A DNA stretch of 64,000 bases from Balanoglossus misakiensis (Eukaryota; Animalia; Hemichordata): NCBI GenBank assembly GCA_040954595.2, contig CM082598.2, forward strand, positions 310,001-374,000. Direction: 5' to 3'. A program made the translations under genes and the position numbers. Positions within the stretch are counted from its first letter, which is position 1, and each line of letters begins with the position of its first letter. Below, piece after piece: positions 37,257 to 49,517 of the stretch. A model generated the notes under the pieces. That model saw only the letters and a program-made list of their open reading frames with translations, was not told where the DNA came from and did no database searches.

Positions 37257-39734
37257 TGTGATTTTCCTGAAAGAGATAGAGACATAAAATAGCAGATTCT
37301 CTTCAGATATACAAAATATGGTGACTTTATAAACTTTGACCCAACAAAAGAATGAACGTAGCTACGATCTACGGCGCATTGTGTCTTGACCTACTCTGCC
37401 CTTCGAGCTCAACATGTCAAACCATTGTTTACGTGATCTTCAGCTCTGCGTAAACTGCCCGACAAGCCTGTTTATTTTTCTAGCCGCGTCTAAGGACATG
37501 ACATGCATTTACATCGATCAACAAAGGTCTGTTGACAATATGCCATGAATGTGTGGCCGAATAGAAGCATTCTGTGCCGTGCCTTTCTGCCCGTGGGCGA
37601 TGTATTTAAGGCATGTTTAGTCATTCCTCTATAGATACCACAACTTTGTTAACAGAAATGCCTCTGGCAATTTATTGTGTCTCCGATCAGAGTTTTATTT
37701 TAGAGAAGCTTCGATTACGTTATGTTTGTAAAAGACACACAAAATTACAGTAAAGCACGTTTGCTTGTAACCCCATAATTACAGAAGATTGCATCCGCGC
37801 TAACTTAATCGTCGCTCCGTGTTTGTAGTAAGTATAGTCCTCACCGCAAAATATTATGTTGAAATCATAGGAGGGTTGTTCATTGTCGTCGTAACGTCAT
37901 TAGTGTGCTATAATTGGCAACGAAGACCGAACAAAAGCGATTATCTTTTTCAAAAGTCATAAAATATATCCTAATTTTCAACTTTTATGACGGAAATTCA
38001 ATATCAAATTATTTTCACGGCCTGATAATCACCGCTATTCTCACATTGGTAATGCGTCATTATCGTACTTATCATAAAACACAGACTCTGTTATTTTATC
38101 CGGGACAGATGGTTTTCTTCCAAGCCACTGCGGCGTTAAATTGTTAATAATTAAAACCGGAAAGATATCTGTTTCCATCACTAAAAATAAATTTCATGGA
38201 TGTCTTTTTATATTCACAATGTTTCCAGCAGTCCGGCAGACTAGAGTGAAATTTTCTTCCACCATTTTGTCAGATTGTCGTTTGCTTTGATCAGATCCCC
38301 GACCGCCATTTTGTTACTGCCCTCATATCTGAACGAATATTTCCAAACGGGGTGTCTATTATTTGCATTCATGCTTCAGTTATTTTCAGGTTCGTGTGTA
38401 CATGACATGATGGTGCCAATTAGTGAGCTGAGGTTCGCCATAGGGCGGATCTGTCCTGTATATTCGACGGTGTCAATAAAACAGCGACCAGCACGCGAAT
38501 GTAACCCGACTCTCTTCGGATATTCCCCACGCAGTAATTATTTTGGTGGATTCTAACAAATGTTAAGCAAATGTTCGAATGTTTAGTCTCGAAATTTTTA
38601 CAGCCAGGCAGAAATACCGGGGATATTTCGTTTTTACGGGTGGCCGAAATCTGGAAAGGCTTTTTAAAACAACAAAATGCCAGGTTATAGCCTTCGCAAA
38701 TAATCATACGGCTTAAATTGCCTGTTTTAAGCTTTGGAGGTTTCTACATCGTTTAAATTTCTTCAAAGGTACATCGTGAACTCAAAAGAAAATCTGCGAT
38801 TCAAGTGAAAAGCTATCGCTTGCAATACTGACTTGCGACAATAGCGAAGTGAAATTGTTAAATGTAGAAAGGGGTTGTTAGGGGCGGCTTAATCTATTGT
38901 TATCGTCCAAACATGTCTGGATTTTTATGAAACGACTTTTTACCCGAACCGGGTCATCTTGGACAACAGCAAATACGCTGAACTTGATTTCTGCGAACAA
39001 TTTGTGCTTTGTAGAAAATTTTCCTTCACAGAAAAGGGGAGATTTTACCGTCGACTATGAAAAAGTGAGTCAACGCCCTAACAACAAAAATTTCTCAGTC
39101 CAATAGTATAATAGGCAAAATTGGTGAACAATTGGTTGCAAATTATTGCAGGAATACTTAAAACAAACATGAGGCTTACCTTGGAAGAAAAGTCGCAGAA
39201 CAGTAACCCTCCAGTGAAAATAATTTCTGTTCAGAATCGGAAAAGGTCGGGACTGGTGAAATATATACAGCAATCTCGGTTACATCACGTGATCCATCGC
39301 GAAACTGGAATTACCCGGATGTACATAGTAGCTACTGCATTCCAGTCATGGTATCACATGATATATGGGGAAGACAGAAAACTCTTCATATAGAAAACAA
39401 AAGTCACTTGAAAATAGAGATATAAGGTACTTTTTGTGGATAGTATTAGTCGTGACTTTGAACAGAATAAAGCAGTGTAGTTTCCACCCAAAGAGAGTTT
39501 TGAAATACGGCGAAAGGTATTGCACTTTTGACCAACCTGCAACCACAAATTTACCTCCCATTGGTAAAACATATCATCTCCAATACCCCGTAATTATTAT
39601 TCATCGCCAGTACCCCGTATTTATTACTGTTTTACCTCAAAATTTACAAGAGATAATCTCATCAAAACAGGTTAAACTAAAAAATATGGAAAATTAAGAC
39701 TACACGTGTGTGCGCCTGCGCGCGCGTAGAGAAC

Positions 39735-40730
39735 CCTGGGATTGATATTGCAGACGACGGATTTCAAGTCGGAGGCCGCGGCAACAGACATGGATATATC
39801 GCCGAAACCAGGGCCCATAATGTAAGTAAATATTACCAGTTTATGTCTACTTTGGTTTGAAATTTGTATCGGTGTTTTATTGGCAAAGCAAAGATATTTT
39901 GTGACCATATTTGTCTTTTCTCTGCGGCAGACGACGGATTTTCAAGACTCGGACTCGTAGGCCGCGGCAACATACATGGATAACCCTAACCCTAGCCGAA
40001 GACCAGGACCCATAATGTACGTAAATATTCTACCAATTTATGTCTACTTTGGTTTAAACTTTGTATAAGTGTTTTATTTGCAAAAGAGTGATATTTTGTG
40101 ACCATGTAAGTCTTTTTTCTGCAGACGACAGACTGTGGTTTTCAAGACTCGGACTCGGCAGCAACGGACATGGATATATCGCCGAAGACCAGGGCCCATA
40201 ATGTACGTAAATATTCTACCAATTTATGTCTACTTTGGTTTAAACTTTGTATAAGTGTTTTATTTGCAAAAGAGTGATATTTTGTGACCATGTAAGTCTT
40301 TTCTCTGCAGACGCAGACTGTGGTTTTCAAGACTCGGACTCGGCAGCAACGGACATGGATATATCGCCGAAGACCAGGGCCCATAATGTAAGTAAATATT
40401 CTACCAGTTTATGTCTACTTTGGTTTAAAATGTGTATCGTTGTTTTATTGGCAAAGCAAAGATATTTTGTGACCATATTTGTACGTCTTTTCTCTGCGGC
40501 AGACGACGGATTTTATTTTCAAGACTCGGACACCGTACGGCACCAACGGACCGTGACTAAAGACAAGCTCCAAAATGTAAGTGAATATTATATCTACTTT
40601 GGTTTTAGCTGCAATGATTGTAGCCCGCTACAATCATTGCAGCTACTTTGGTTTGGGAGTTGTGTTGGCGTCTTATTTGCAGAACAGTGGTATTATTGAC
40701 CAGGTAAGTGTTTTCTCTGCAACGCCGTAG
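39735..40730. repeat. Imperfect ~185-bp tandem repeat (~5 copies)
   Basis: TTCAAG(ACTCGGA) anchors at 39763, 39941, 40141, 40326, 40518 (spacing 178-200 bp). Confidence 0.9.
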
Positions 40731-41689
40731 ACAGAAAATTTCGAGTAAGGACTAAGGTCCTGCTGCGCGACCTCGTGTGCTTCAGTGCGCGTACGCGCGT
40801 GACTCCATGTTGTTTCCTACAACATGTAAATACAAGCGATAGCAGAAATTTAATAATCCGACTTCTTTGTGGGTCGAGATATTAAAACATTTTGAATTTT
40901 AAAAAATTCAATTGTGACTAAACCAACCGAAAAATCATAAGTTGCAATATATACTGAGTGAAATTCAACATGTTTTGCACCGTCGAGCGCCCCCAGTGTC
41001 TTTTATTGGCATGCTTTTGTTTACAATATCTGCACAGTCGATATCGATACAGATCGATGTACCACGTATTTTTGCCCCAAGAAAGTGAATATCTGGCTAC
41101 AAGTAAAGTTAATTTAGGTAATTTAAGATTCCCAGCCATGTTCGCAATACTGCCGATGTAAATAGGCAGGGATTTTCAAGGGGAAATTCTTCGTTGGCTC
41201 AAAGTTTTTATCGTATATTCAGGGCTAGGTCAACACGTTTGCTAAACCTTTGTCTGAAAGTTAATCTTTAAGCGAACAGTTACATCACAATTGGCCCAGT
41301 GACGTCACTCATGGTTTGCTATAATTGTCTTGCAATAAGTCGGTCGATAAAATCGTTGTTTACGTACAGTCTCGAAATTACTACCATTACTTCTTTTATG
41401 TTCGGGTCGTTCATGAATCGAAGGCGACGCGTGTGGATGTCCATTTCTCTAAGCTCGAATGAAATGCACAAGCGATTTTGTCGCATCGGAATCGACGGTT
41501 TTCTGTCATTTCAAAGTTGACGACCGCATTGCCATGGTTACTGTCGATCGAATAGGCCTTTGACCTGTCGAGACATGTGCGATATTCCCGGGCTTTTTTT
41601 GATTTTTATGTCATGTTTTGCTTCAGAGGTCACTATGCAAATAGAGAACGATCTCCCATGCAACCTTGCGAAGTGGGTCACTCGTGAAA

Positions 41690-42475
41690 ATGGCGACGAG
41701 GAGAGAGATGGGTTCACTTCGCTATGTTGTAAATAAACACGATCGCGACCGCGATTCCTGCGAAAACAACGGTTACATTAGGGCTTTGGTTGCTCCCTTG
41801 GAACATGGAAACTACAGCTCGTATTTGAGTTGGCTTGGACTAAAGGGCTTGAAATTAAGCAGTTCGCAAATCGGCGTCTTCACAGCTAGCGTAGTGATGG
41901 TGACCAGCTTGATCGTGTACCTTATTGACATCCCATGGTTACTGCAGAGACTACTCGCAGTTTTCATTCCGTGTTTTAGCATCCTGTGTGCTTTTTACTG
42001 GCTAGCTCTTTTCCTCCGAAAATCGTGGAGCAGTTCTAGTGTGTACCTACTTTTTCTGAGCTGTCACATCGGGGAAATACTCGCGCAGCTTTTTTTCGGA
42101 GGGGACATCTTTCGACCACTTCAGGTTACAACCGTTTTAGTAATCATCAGTGTTACTAGTGTATTTTCAAGTTTGCAAACGACTCACAGTGCCCTTGTGA
42201 TAATTTTTATCAGTTTGATAAGATTTATAAGTGGTTCTACTCTTATAGACATCCCGGCTGTTCTCAGACCGTTTCTGGGATATTTTTGTGGAATTTTTGG
42301 CTGCATTCTAGCAAAGTCAGTCGAATCTGCGTTTCGATCAAGTTTCTCCAACCAGTTCGGAAACGATGGAAAAATTCCTGTTATACGGCGTAGGCGAACA
42401 TCGAGCTCGGCTGGTACAGCCAGCCACAGCCACAAGACTAGGCGAACATCTTTACCGGCGCTTATACAAAAACAG
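41690..42475 (+). CDS. PDE3: cGMP-inhibited 3',5'-cyclic phosphodiesterase PDE3, first coding exon (N-terminal membrane region); gene continues beyond the window
   Basis: 262 codons ending CAG|GTAAG. NGYIRALVAPL resembles PDE3B NGYVKSCVSPL. Several hydrophobic helices follow, then LRPFLGYFCG and IPVIRRRRTSSS...RRTSLP..KQ, matching the end of vertebrate PDE3A exon 1 (IPVFKRRRRSSS...RRTSLPCIPREQ). Confidence 0.9.
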
Positions 42476-44803
42476 GTAAGAGCACAGTTTTCAGCTGGAC
42501 CAGAGAACTGCGACTCGTTTGAGTTGTTCTTGATTGATGTCAATTTCAAAACATGAAATTCGCAACATTGTTGCGATCTTGCCAGCTCTCGGCAGAAAAA
42601 AAATGTGGAAATTGACATCAAGAGAGAATTTTACTCAGAATTTTGTCTGAAGAGTCTCTGTTTTAAAGAGAGATGGTCTAATGTCACAGTAGAGTAATTC
42701 ACCGCAGGTATGAGAGGTTTTTGACGTGTACACTAACGCACGCATACGTCGAATGTGCTAATGACGGCGATATTGAGAGAGTTTGTGACGTAAACGGCTA
42801 GAGAAATTGATCCTCGCTATTGAAGGCCAAATATCGGCCCCTACTTTCTTCTTCCTTCTTGATTTATGGACGGTGTCGTGTGTAACTGCGTTTTCCGATT
42901 ACACTTGGTTTACGATTTCAAACCAAAGTTGTCGCACGATCGTCTGAGGTTTAACTAAAAGCCGGCGTGTCGTACTTGTAACCCGCTCCGCCCATACGGC
43001 CGCCGTTTTTAATAAATTTACTGTTTGCATTCCGATACTGACTCATAATTACACAGTTGCTTCCAGCGTCGGTATGAAGCAAGTCCACGCGATGTCTTCT
43101 CCCATGTTGAGAGGTTTCAGCCTCTGCGGTTATGTACTCTTGAAAAAAACTGTGCTGTTTTCAATAGCGCCCATCACAATGCAAAACCCTGTGAAAAAAG
43201 GCCATCAGATGACAATAAAGACGACCCCTACATAGATAAATACTCTTCCTTTCTACGGATCTAGTTTTCAGCCTGTAGATGTCATTTGTGAAGCTGCACA
43301 ATTGATATGATGATACCTTATTGTTGACAGATTGTAGCAGGGTTGGAACCAAGCAGTTCCCATATTTATTCCCTCATAATTTATTACATCTGTTGTAAAA
43401 CCATTCTCTGCTATTTGGAGAGCATAAAGCTTTGTAGAGTTCAAACAAAAAGGCTTGGTCAATTTATCTTTTTTTCATCCCTTTTGTGGGTTTTTTTCTG
43501 CCAGATGAATCAACAAACATGTTTCTGCAAATTTACTGTTCACTGTTTGTGTGTGTAATGGTGACCAGGGGTCACCGGTGAACAAAATGTGCCGGGATGC
43601 CAAGAAGTTTCGGTGCAAATACCATGGCAACAGCCAATGAGGAGCTTTGTTAGACATGTTCTTAGCCTGAATAGTTAGCAAATATGTAAATAACTTGGGA
43701 ACAGCAAATTTGTTTCTCTGTCAAATATGGGTGTTTCAGGCTAACGAAGAAAATATGAATAACTTGTTAATCATAATCAGGGCTTTTATAACAGATAAAA
43801 AGCTCAATAAATCCCATAATTTATAGCCTAGAACTCTTCAACTAGTTTGTACTTGAAATAAAGCAAAACTGACCACTGTAACACTAAACTGCATTCTTAA
43901 TATTTTTGAACATTGTAATGAGACAAATGGCCAGTATATCTGATACATAGATCTGATATATACACACACCATGAAATAAATACAAACTGTGCCTGGTCTT
44001 GTATGATAAACATTCATTTAATAAAAAATGTCACATAAGATGCAATCGCATAGAATGTATGTGTGAATAAAATATACATGTTATACTGTTTTCATTACAT
44101 GCGTACTTCATGAATTCCAAGAAATTTCAATTGACACATGACGTGGGCTAACAAGGCAAACTCCTTCAACTGACAGTCGTGTTGTGTAAACTGCAATAAT
44201 CCTGTGTATTTGCGTCACAGAATAAGTTGTAAAAATCTACTAGAAAATAAGTACTGGGAGCTTGTTTCCAAGGTCAAATGATGTAGGGTGTGTGTGGGAG
44301 TTGATGTGTTAAATGCCAAATTCAACTACATTTATAAATATATCAGAGATAGGAGATGCAGAACTGTGACAATAGAGCCACTGTTGAATAATAATGAACC
44401 GAGACAATACCTGTAACTTTTGATAATTCTGGTTGTGTATTGTGTAATAACATTAAGGTGACGATCATCGTATGCGCATATTAGTTGTTACATGCCAGAA
44501 ATGTCAAGTTGAAAATCGCAGCTGGCTGAATGGTGAACTGATTATTAATTTGGTTGAATTTACTGGTCACTGAATGATATTAAAACCTCTACAGCTACCA
44601 CTGTTTTGCAATTATTTTCATGATTTTATTTTCCACCTTAGATTGGTATTGGTGAGGATGGGGAATATTAAAGTATTTTAGTGTGGGAAAAAACCTGTGA
44701 AATATGGCAACTCTAAACATTAAAGGCTTTAAAGGTCTCTACTGTACTGTAGGCTCATAGCTGGGCAGTGTGACTGTTAATATCTGTTATTGAACTCAGT
44801 TGT

Positions 44804-44953
44804 TGATAACTTGGGCCTAGCTAGGGAGTTCTTTATTATGAGCATCCTAGGTGGACCTGTTCATGGGGGGCGACTCCATCTTGTTTTGAGTGAAACTTGT
44901 ATGTGAACATTGTGGACCCAGTCGGAAATAAATCAATTATTGTTGAACTATTA
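44804..44953 (+). repeat. 5' LTR (TG...TA)
   Basis: 150 bp, identical by eye to 49518-49667; contains AATAAA. Confidence 0.95.
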
Positions 44954-44987
44954 ATGGTAGCAGAGCATTTCCAAAACAAACGGCGAA

Positions 44988-47900
44988 ATGGCACAAAACT
45001 CAAGTTACAAAAATCCCCCGGCGTTGAGGGAAGACACAGTCTATGAAACATGGAAAAACGAAGTTGAAATTTGGCGCCTAATGACTGACCTGGATGTGAA
45101 GAAACAGGCATTGGCAGTTGCTTTAACACTCACTGGTCATGCACGTGAGAAGGCCATGGGCATTGAGGCAAGTAGTTTGAATTCTACCGATGGAATGAAA
45201 ACCCTGATAGAAGCACTGGATGAACTGTATAAAAAGGACACCATTGACCTTTCATACGAGGCATATTCAAAGTTTGAAAGTTTTAGAAAACTGGAAGATA
45301 TGCAGATGATGGAATACATTGTGGAGTTTGAAAGACTATACACACAAGTGAAAAAGTATGATATGGTTCTTCCGGATGCTGTTTTGGCGTTCAAGTTACT
45401 TGATAGTGCTAATCTGGAGGACCGTGATAAACAACTTGTACTGACAGCATCTATGGATCTAAAATTCAGCACGATGAAATCATCCCTTAAGAGAATTTTT
45501 GGTAAGGGTCATGAGGCCAGTGGTGGTAGTAATGACATGAGCAGCACACCAGCCATTACAATCAAGCAAGAATCAGCATACTTTACACAGAAATACAAAC
45601 CCAAGACGATGAAGTTTGGAGACAAGAAACGGTTTCCATCTAAAGATTCTAAAACCAGCAACAGTGTTCAGAGAGGAACCAACCCTATTGACAGGTTTGG
45701 TAGACGGTCAAGATGTGCTATATGCCAATCTACATTCCATTGGGCGAAAGATTGTGAGCACAGACAAGAAACTAACCAAGTGAATGTGACAGAAGAAAAG
45801 TCTGAACAGCAAGTGCCTATTGAGGATGAGTTCTGTAATATCACACTGTTGACTAAAGAACAGAAAAACAATGAGGTGTTCATGACTGAAGCGTATGGAT
45901 GCGCTGTGATTGACACAGCATGCACACGTACAGTATGTGGAAAAAGGTGGCTGAATGATTATACGAGAAGTCTGGATGAAAGACACAGAAAGAAGATCAT
46001 TGAGACACACAGTGATAGAAGTTTCAAGTTCGGTGATGGTGTGAAAGTTCAGTCTGTTATGAATGTCAAAATACCTGCCAAAATTGGAGAGACTGTATGC
46101 ACTATAGACACTGAAGTGGTGGATACCAACATCCCTTTACTTCTCAGTAAGACCTCACTCAAAAGAGCTGAAACCAGACTTGATATTAAAGATGACAAAG
46201 CTGAGATGTTCCAAAGTCCAGTTGAGCTGAATTTCACTTCCAGTGGACACTATTGTATTGATATACGAAATGGCTTGAAGTCTGCTAGTAAAGTTGCATC
46301 AGAGACATTGTTTGTCAACAACATTGGTGAATCCGAGATTCCTACTATGCATGATGAGATGAGTACTCAGGAGAAAAAGAAGATGCTGAAGAAATTGCAT
46401 CTACAGTTTGGCCATGCTTCAGCTGAGCGATTGAGAAAGTTGCTGGAAAGTGCAGGAAATACTGATCCAAATATGCTGAAGAACTTAACTGAGGTCACTG
46501 ATAAATGTGAGACGTGTGTTAAGTTCAAGAAACAACCGGTGAAACCAGCAGTTGGGTTTCCTTTGGCAACTGAGTTTAACGAGACTGTGGCTGTGGACCT
46601 CCATGAAATAGGAAAGAACTTGTGGTATCTACATATAATAGATGAATTCACCCGGTTCAGCGCAGGGGCTATTATGACCAGTAAACATTCAACAGTATTT
46701 GTTCAGAAGTTCATACAGAACTGGATTAGTATATATGGAGCACCAAAGAAGTTGTATAGCGACAACGGTGGGGAGTTCAACAGTGAAGAAGTAAGAGATA
46801 TGGGTGAGAATTTCAACATAGAAGTGAAGACAACAGCAGCGTATTCACCGTGGTCCAATGGTTTGCTTGAGAGACACAATTATACATTGACTGAGATAAT
46901 GAGAAAGCTGAAACAAGATAAACATCAGGACTGGGAAACTACTTTGAAGTGGGCACTCATCGCCAAAAATAGTCTATGCAACATACATGGGTTCAGTGCA
47001 TATCAGCTTGTATACGGACGCAACCCCAACCTGCCTTCAACATTAGTTGATAAACCACCAGCGCTAGAAGGCACCACTACCAGCAAAGAAGTGGCCAAGC
47101 ACATCACTGCTCTGTATGAAGCCAGGAAAGCTTTTACTGAAGTTGAATGCTCTGAGAGGATCAGACGTGCACTCAGAAAACAAACAAGACCTACATCAGG
47201 ACCATTCAGCATTGGTGACAGAGTCTATTATAAAAGGCCTGATAGTGCAGAATGGAAAGGACCAGGCACAGTTATTGGTCAGGATGGCGTGGTAGTATTT
47301 GTGAGACATGGTGGGACACTTGTCAGAGTTCACCAATGCAGACTACAGATGGTCAAGCAAACAGCCCAGGTGGATGAACACACAGACTGTGATGAAAAAT
47401 CAGAGAAGATAGTACATGTAAAGACTGAAGCAAGAAAAGGCATAAACACTACCGATGATGAAGACGATGAAGATGATGAAGGAAATGAAAGAACAAGTTC
47501 TAAAGTCGACATGAAAGCGAATGATGAACAGTCAAAAGATGACGAACAGTCAGAAGATGATGCCCAGGATTCACAGATCAGAAATACTGCAGAACATCTG
47601 AAATTGGTACCTGGGAATGTGATAACGTATAGACATAGCCAGTCTGGACAGTTGATGACTGCAGAAGTTACCAACCGAGCTGGTAAAGCAAGTGGAAGAA
47701 ACAAACATTGGTACAATGTGAAATACCTTGGGCCGAAAGAAGTTGCAGGGATTGCACAATCTATTGATCTCAGCCAAGTAGATACACTGAAGATCACAGA
47801 GAATTATCAAAGTGTTGATGAACAGAGTGAAGATGTTGTCATGATGGTTGGAGATGATAGATTCCTCAAAGCGAAGCTGACTGAGTTAGACAACTGGAAA

Positions 47901-49349
47901 ATTAATGGTGTATATGACGAAGTGGCAGATCACGGTCAGAGATGTGTATCCACTAGGTGGGTGTGTACTATGAAGACTACAGATGAGTGCACAAAAACCA
48001 AGGCCAGACTAGTAGCCAGGGGATTTGAGGAAGTCAACGCTGATGATGTACAGAAAGATTCACCAACCTGCGGCAAGGAATCCATGCGGATCATTCTTGC
48101 AATATTTGCCCAGAACAATTGGAAACCTAAATCGATGGACATAAAAACTGCATTCCTGCAGGGTACCAAACTTGAGAGAGATGTGTACATCCGGCCACCA
48201 AAAGAGGCTGACGTCCCAGGTAAAATATGGCGACTGAAGAAATGTGTGTATGGTCTCAACGATGCCTCTCTACACTGGTATAATAAAGTGAAAGCCGTAA
48301 TGCTGGAATCAGGAGCGAAGATCTCTAAAGTTGATCCAGCAGTATTTTACTGGATGGATGATCAGGAGCAGCTGATGGGAGTGCTGGCCAGTCATGTAGA
48401 TGATTTCATTTGGAGCGGTTCCGAGGAATTCGAATCTTCAGTCATAGATTCTATAAGATCAACGCTCAATGTAGGAAAGGAAGACAGCGATGCCTTTCAG
48501 TATGTTGGTATAGGACTTGCAAGTGGTGAAGAACACATCTACCTGCAACAAGACAGCTACATATCCAATATGTCACCTATTCACATTGATGGGAGCAGAC
48601 GGGGACAAAAGGAAAGCCCATTGACAGATGTAGAAAAGGAGCGACTGAGATCCAAAGTAGGACAAATTCTTTGGGTGGCACACCAGAGCAGACCAGACAT
48701 TCTCTTTGATGCCTGTAACTTGGCATCGCGTATTAAAAATGCCACAGTACGAGATATACTTGATGCCAACAAAGTTATCCGCAAAGTCAAGTCTGAAGAT
48801 GTACTTCTAAAATTTCAACACTTGAATGCTGACAAATTGTCACTGCTGATATTCAGTGATGCCTCACTGGGTAATTTGCCTGATGGTGGAAGCCAAGGAG
48901 GCTACCTCGTTCTCCTTACAGACAAGGATGGGAAGTTTTCACCGATATGCTGGAATTCCAAGAAGATCAGGAGAGTAGTTCGCAGCACACTAGCTGGGGA
49001 GACACTAGCTATGGCAGACGGCATAGACTCTGCAATGTTCATTGCTACATTGTATAGTGAACTGACCTCGGGACAAACAGACAAGAACATGTTACCCCTA
49101 ACATGTGTTACAGACTGCAAGTCATTGTTTGAGGCTCTGAAGTCTGTGAAGATGGTCAATGAGAAACGACTTCGCATGGAGATCAGTGGGATCAAGGAAC
49201 TCCTGGAGAGCAAACACATCGAGAGGATCATCTGGTGTGAGACACAGAAGCAGTTGGCTGACTGTCTGACAAAGAAAGGAACTTCATCCCTGTTGCTGAT
49301 GAAGGCCCTGGATGAAGGCGTTATTGACATATGCTATGACACTGCATGA
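44988..49349 (+). CDS. Copia Gag-Pol polyprotein (Gag zinc knuckle, protease, integrase, RT, RNase H), 1453 aa
   Basis: CAICQSTFHWAKDC (CX2CX4HX4C), AVIDTAC (protease), H...H...CETC plus VDL/SDNGGEF/E (integrase), KARLVARG, MDIKTAFLQG, SHVDDF (RT), FSDAS...TDCKS...EKRLR...LADCLTK (RNase H). The PR-IN-RT-RH order defines Copia. Confidence 0.97.
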   Translation: MAQNSSYKNPPALREDTVYETWKNEVEIWRLMTDLDVKKQALAVALTLTGHAREKAMGIEASSLNSTDGMKTLIEALDELYKKDTIDLSYEAYSKFESFRKLEDMQMMEYIVEFERLYTQVKKYDMVLPDAVLAFKLLDSANLEDRDKQLVLTASMDLKFSTMKSSLKRIFGKGHEASGGSNDMSSTPAITIKQESAYFTQKYKPKTMKFGDKKRFPSKDSKTSNSVQRGTNPIDRFGRRSRCAICQSTFHWAKDCEHRQETNQVNVTEEKSEQQVPIEDEFCNITLLTKEQKNNEVFMTEAYGCAVIDTACTRTVCGKRWLNDYTRSLDERHRKKIIETHSDRSFKFGDGVKVQSVMNVKIPAKIGETVCTIDTEVVDTNIPLLLSKTSLKRAETRLDIKDDKAEMFQSPVELNFTSSGHYCIDIRNGLKSASKVASETLFVNNIGESEIPTMHDEMSTQEKKKMLKKLHLQFGHASAERLRKLLESAGNTDPNMLKNLTEVTDKCETCVKFKKQPVKPAVGFPLATEFNETVAVDLHEIGKNLWYLHIIDEFTRFSAGAIMTSKHSTVFVQKFIQNWISIYGAPKKLYSDNGGEFNSEEVRDMGENFNIEVKTTAAYSPWSNGLLERHNYTLTEIMRKLKQDKHQDWETTLKWALIAKNSLCNIHGFSAYQLVYGRNPNLPSTLVDKPPALEGTTTSKEVAKHITALYEARKAFTEVECSERIRRALRKQTRPTSGPFSIGDRVYYKRPDSAEWKGPGTVIGQDGVVVFVRHGGTLVRVHQCRLQMVKQTAQVDEHTDCDEKSEKIVHVKTEARKGINTTDDEDDEDDEGNERTSSKVDMKANDEQSKDDEQSEDDAQDSQIRNTAEHLKLVPGNVITYRHSQSGQLMTAEVTNRAGKASGRNKHWYNVKYLGPKEVAGIAQSIDLSQVDTLKITENYQSVDEQSEDVVMMVGDDRFLKAKLTELDNWKINGVYDEVADHGQRCVSTRWVCTMKTTDECTKTKARLVARGFEEVNADDVQKDSPTCGKESMRIILAIFAQNNWKPKSMDIKTAFLQGTKLERDVYIRPPKEADVPGKIWRLKKCVYGLNDASLHWYNKVKAVMLESGAKISKVDPAVFYWMDDQEQLMGVLASHVDDFIWSGSEEFESSVIDSIRSTLNVGKEDSDAFQYVGIGLASGEEHIYLQQDSYISNMSPIHIDGSRRGQKESPLTDVEKERLRSKVGQILWVAHQSRPDILFDACNLASRIKNATVRDILDANKVIRKVKSEDVLLKFQHLNADKLSLLIFSDASLGNLPDGGSQGGYLVLLTDKDGKFSPICWNSKKIRRVVRSTLAGETLAMADGIDSAMFIATLYSELTSGQTDKNMLPLTCVTDCKSLFEALKSVKMVNEKRLRMEISGIKELLESKHIERIIWCETQKQLADCLTKKGTSSLLLMKALDEGVIDICYDTA

Positions 49350-49517
49350 CTTTTACCTTGGATCACCGCGTTGTGTTATAGTTGATCCTATGTAACATTT
49401 GTTGTCAGTTTTGGCTGTTTGGACTTTACTGAACTATTCTCTTCATCCAGAACTTTCATTCACATTTTTTTTTTGGACTTTGGACATTTCATAAACTTAA
49501 AAGGATAGAGTGGAATT

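Noticed and set aside
39981-39995. Telomeric TAACCCTAACCCTA seed
   Set aside because: Only two units inside one repeat copy; too short to call an interstitial telomere.
45137-49330. Multiple minus-strand ORFs
   Set aside because: Antisense shadows of the Copia polyprotein. The same applies to 42184-42621 (PDE3) and 36471-36939 (pore-forming gene).
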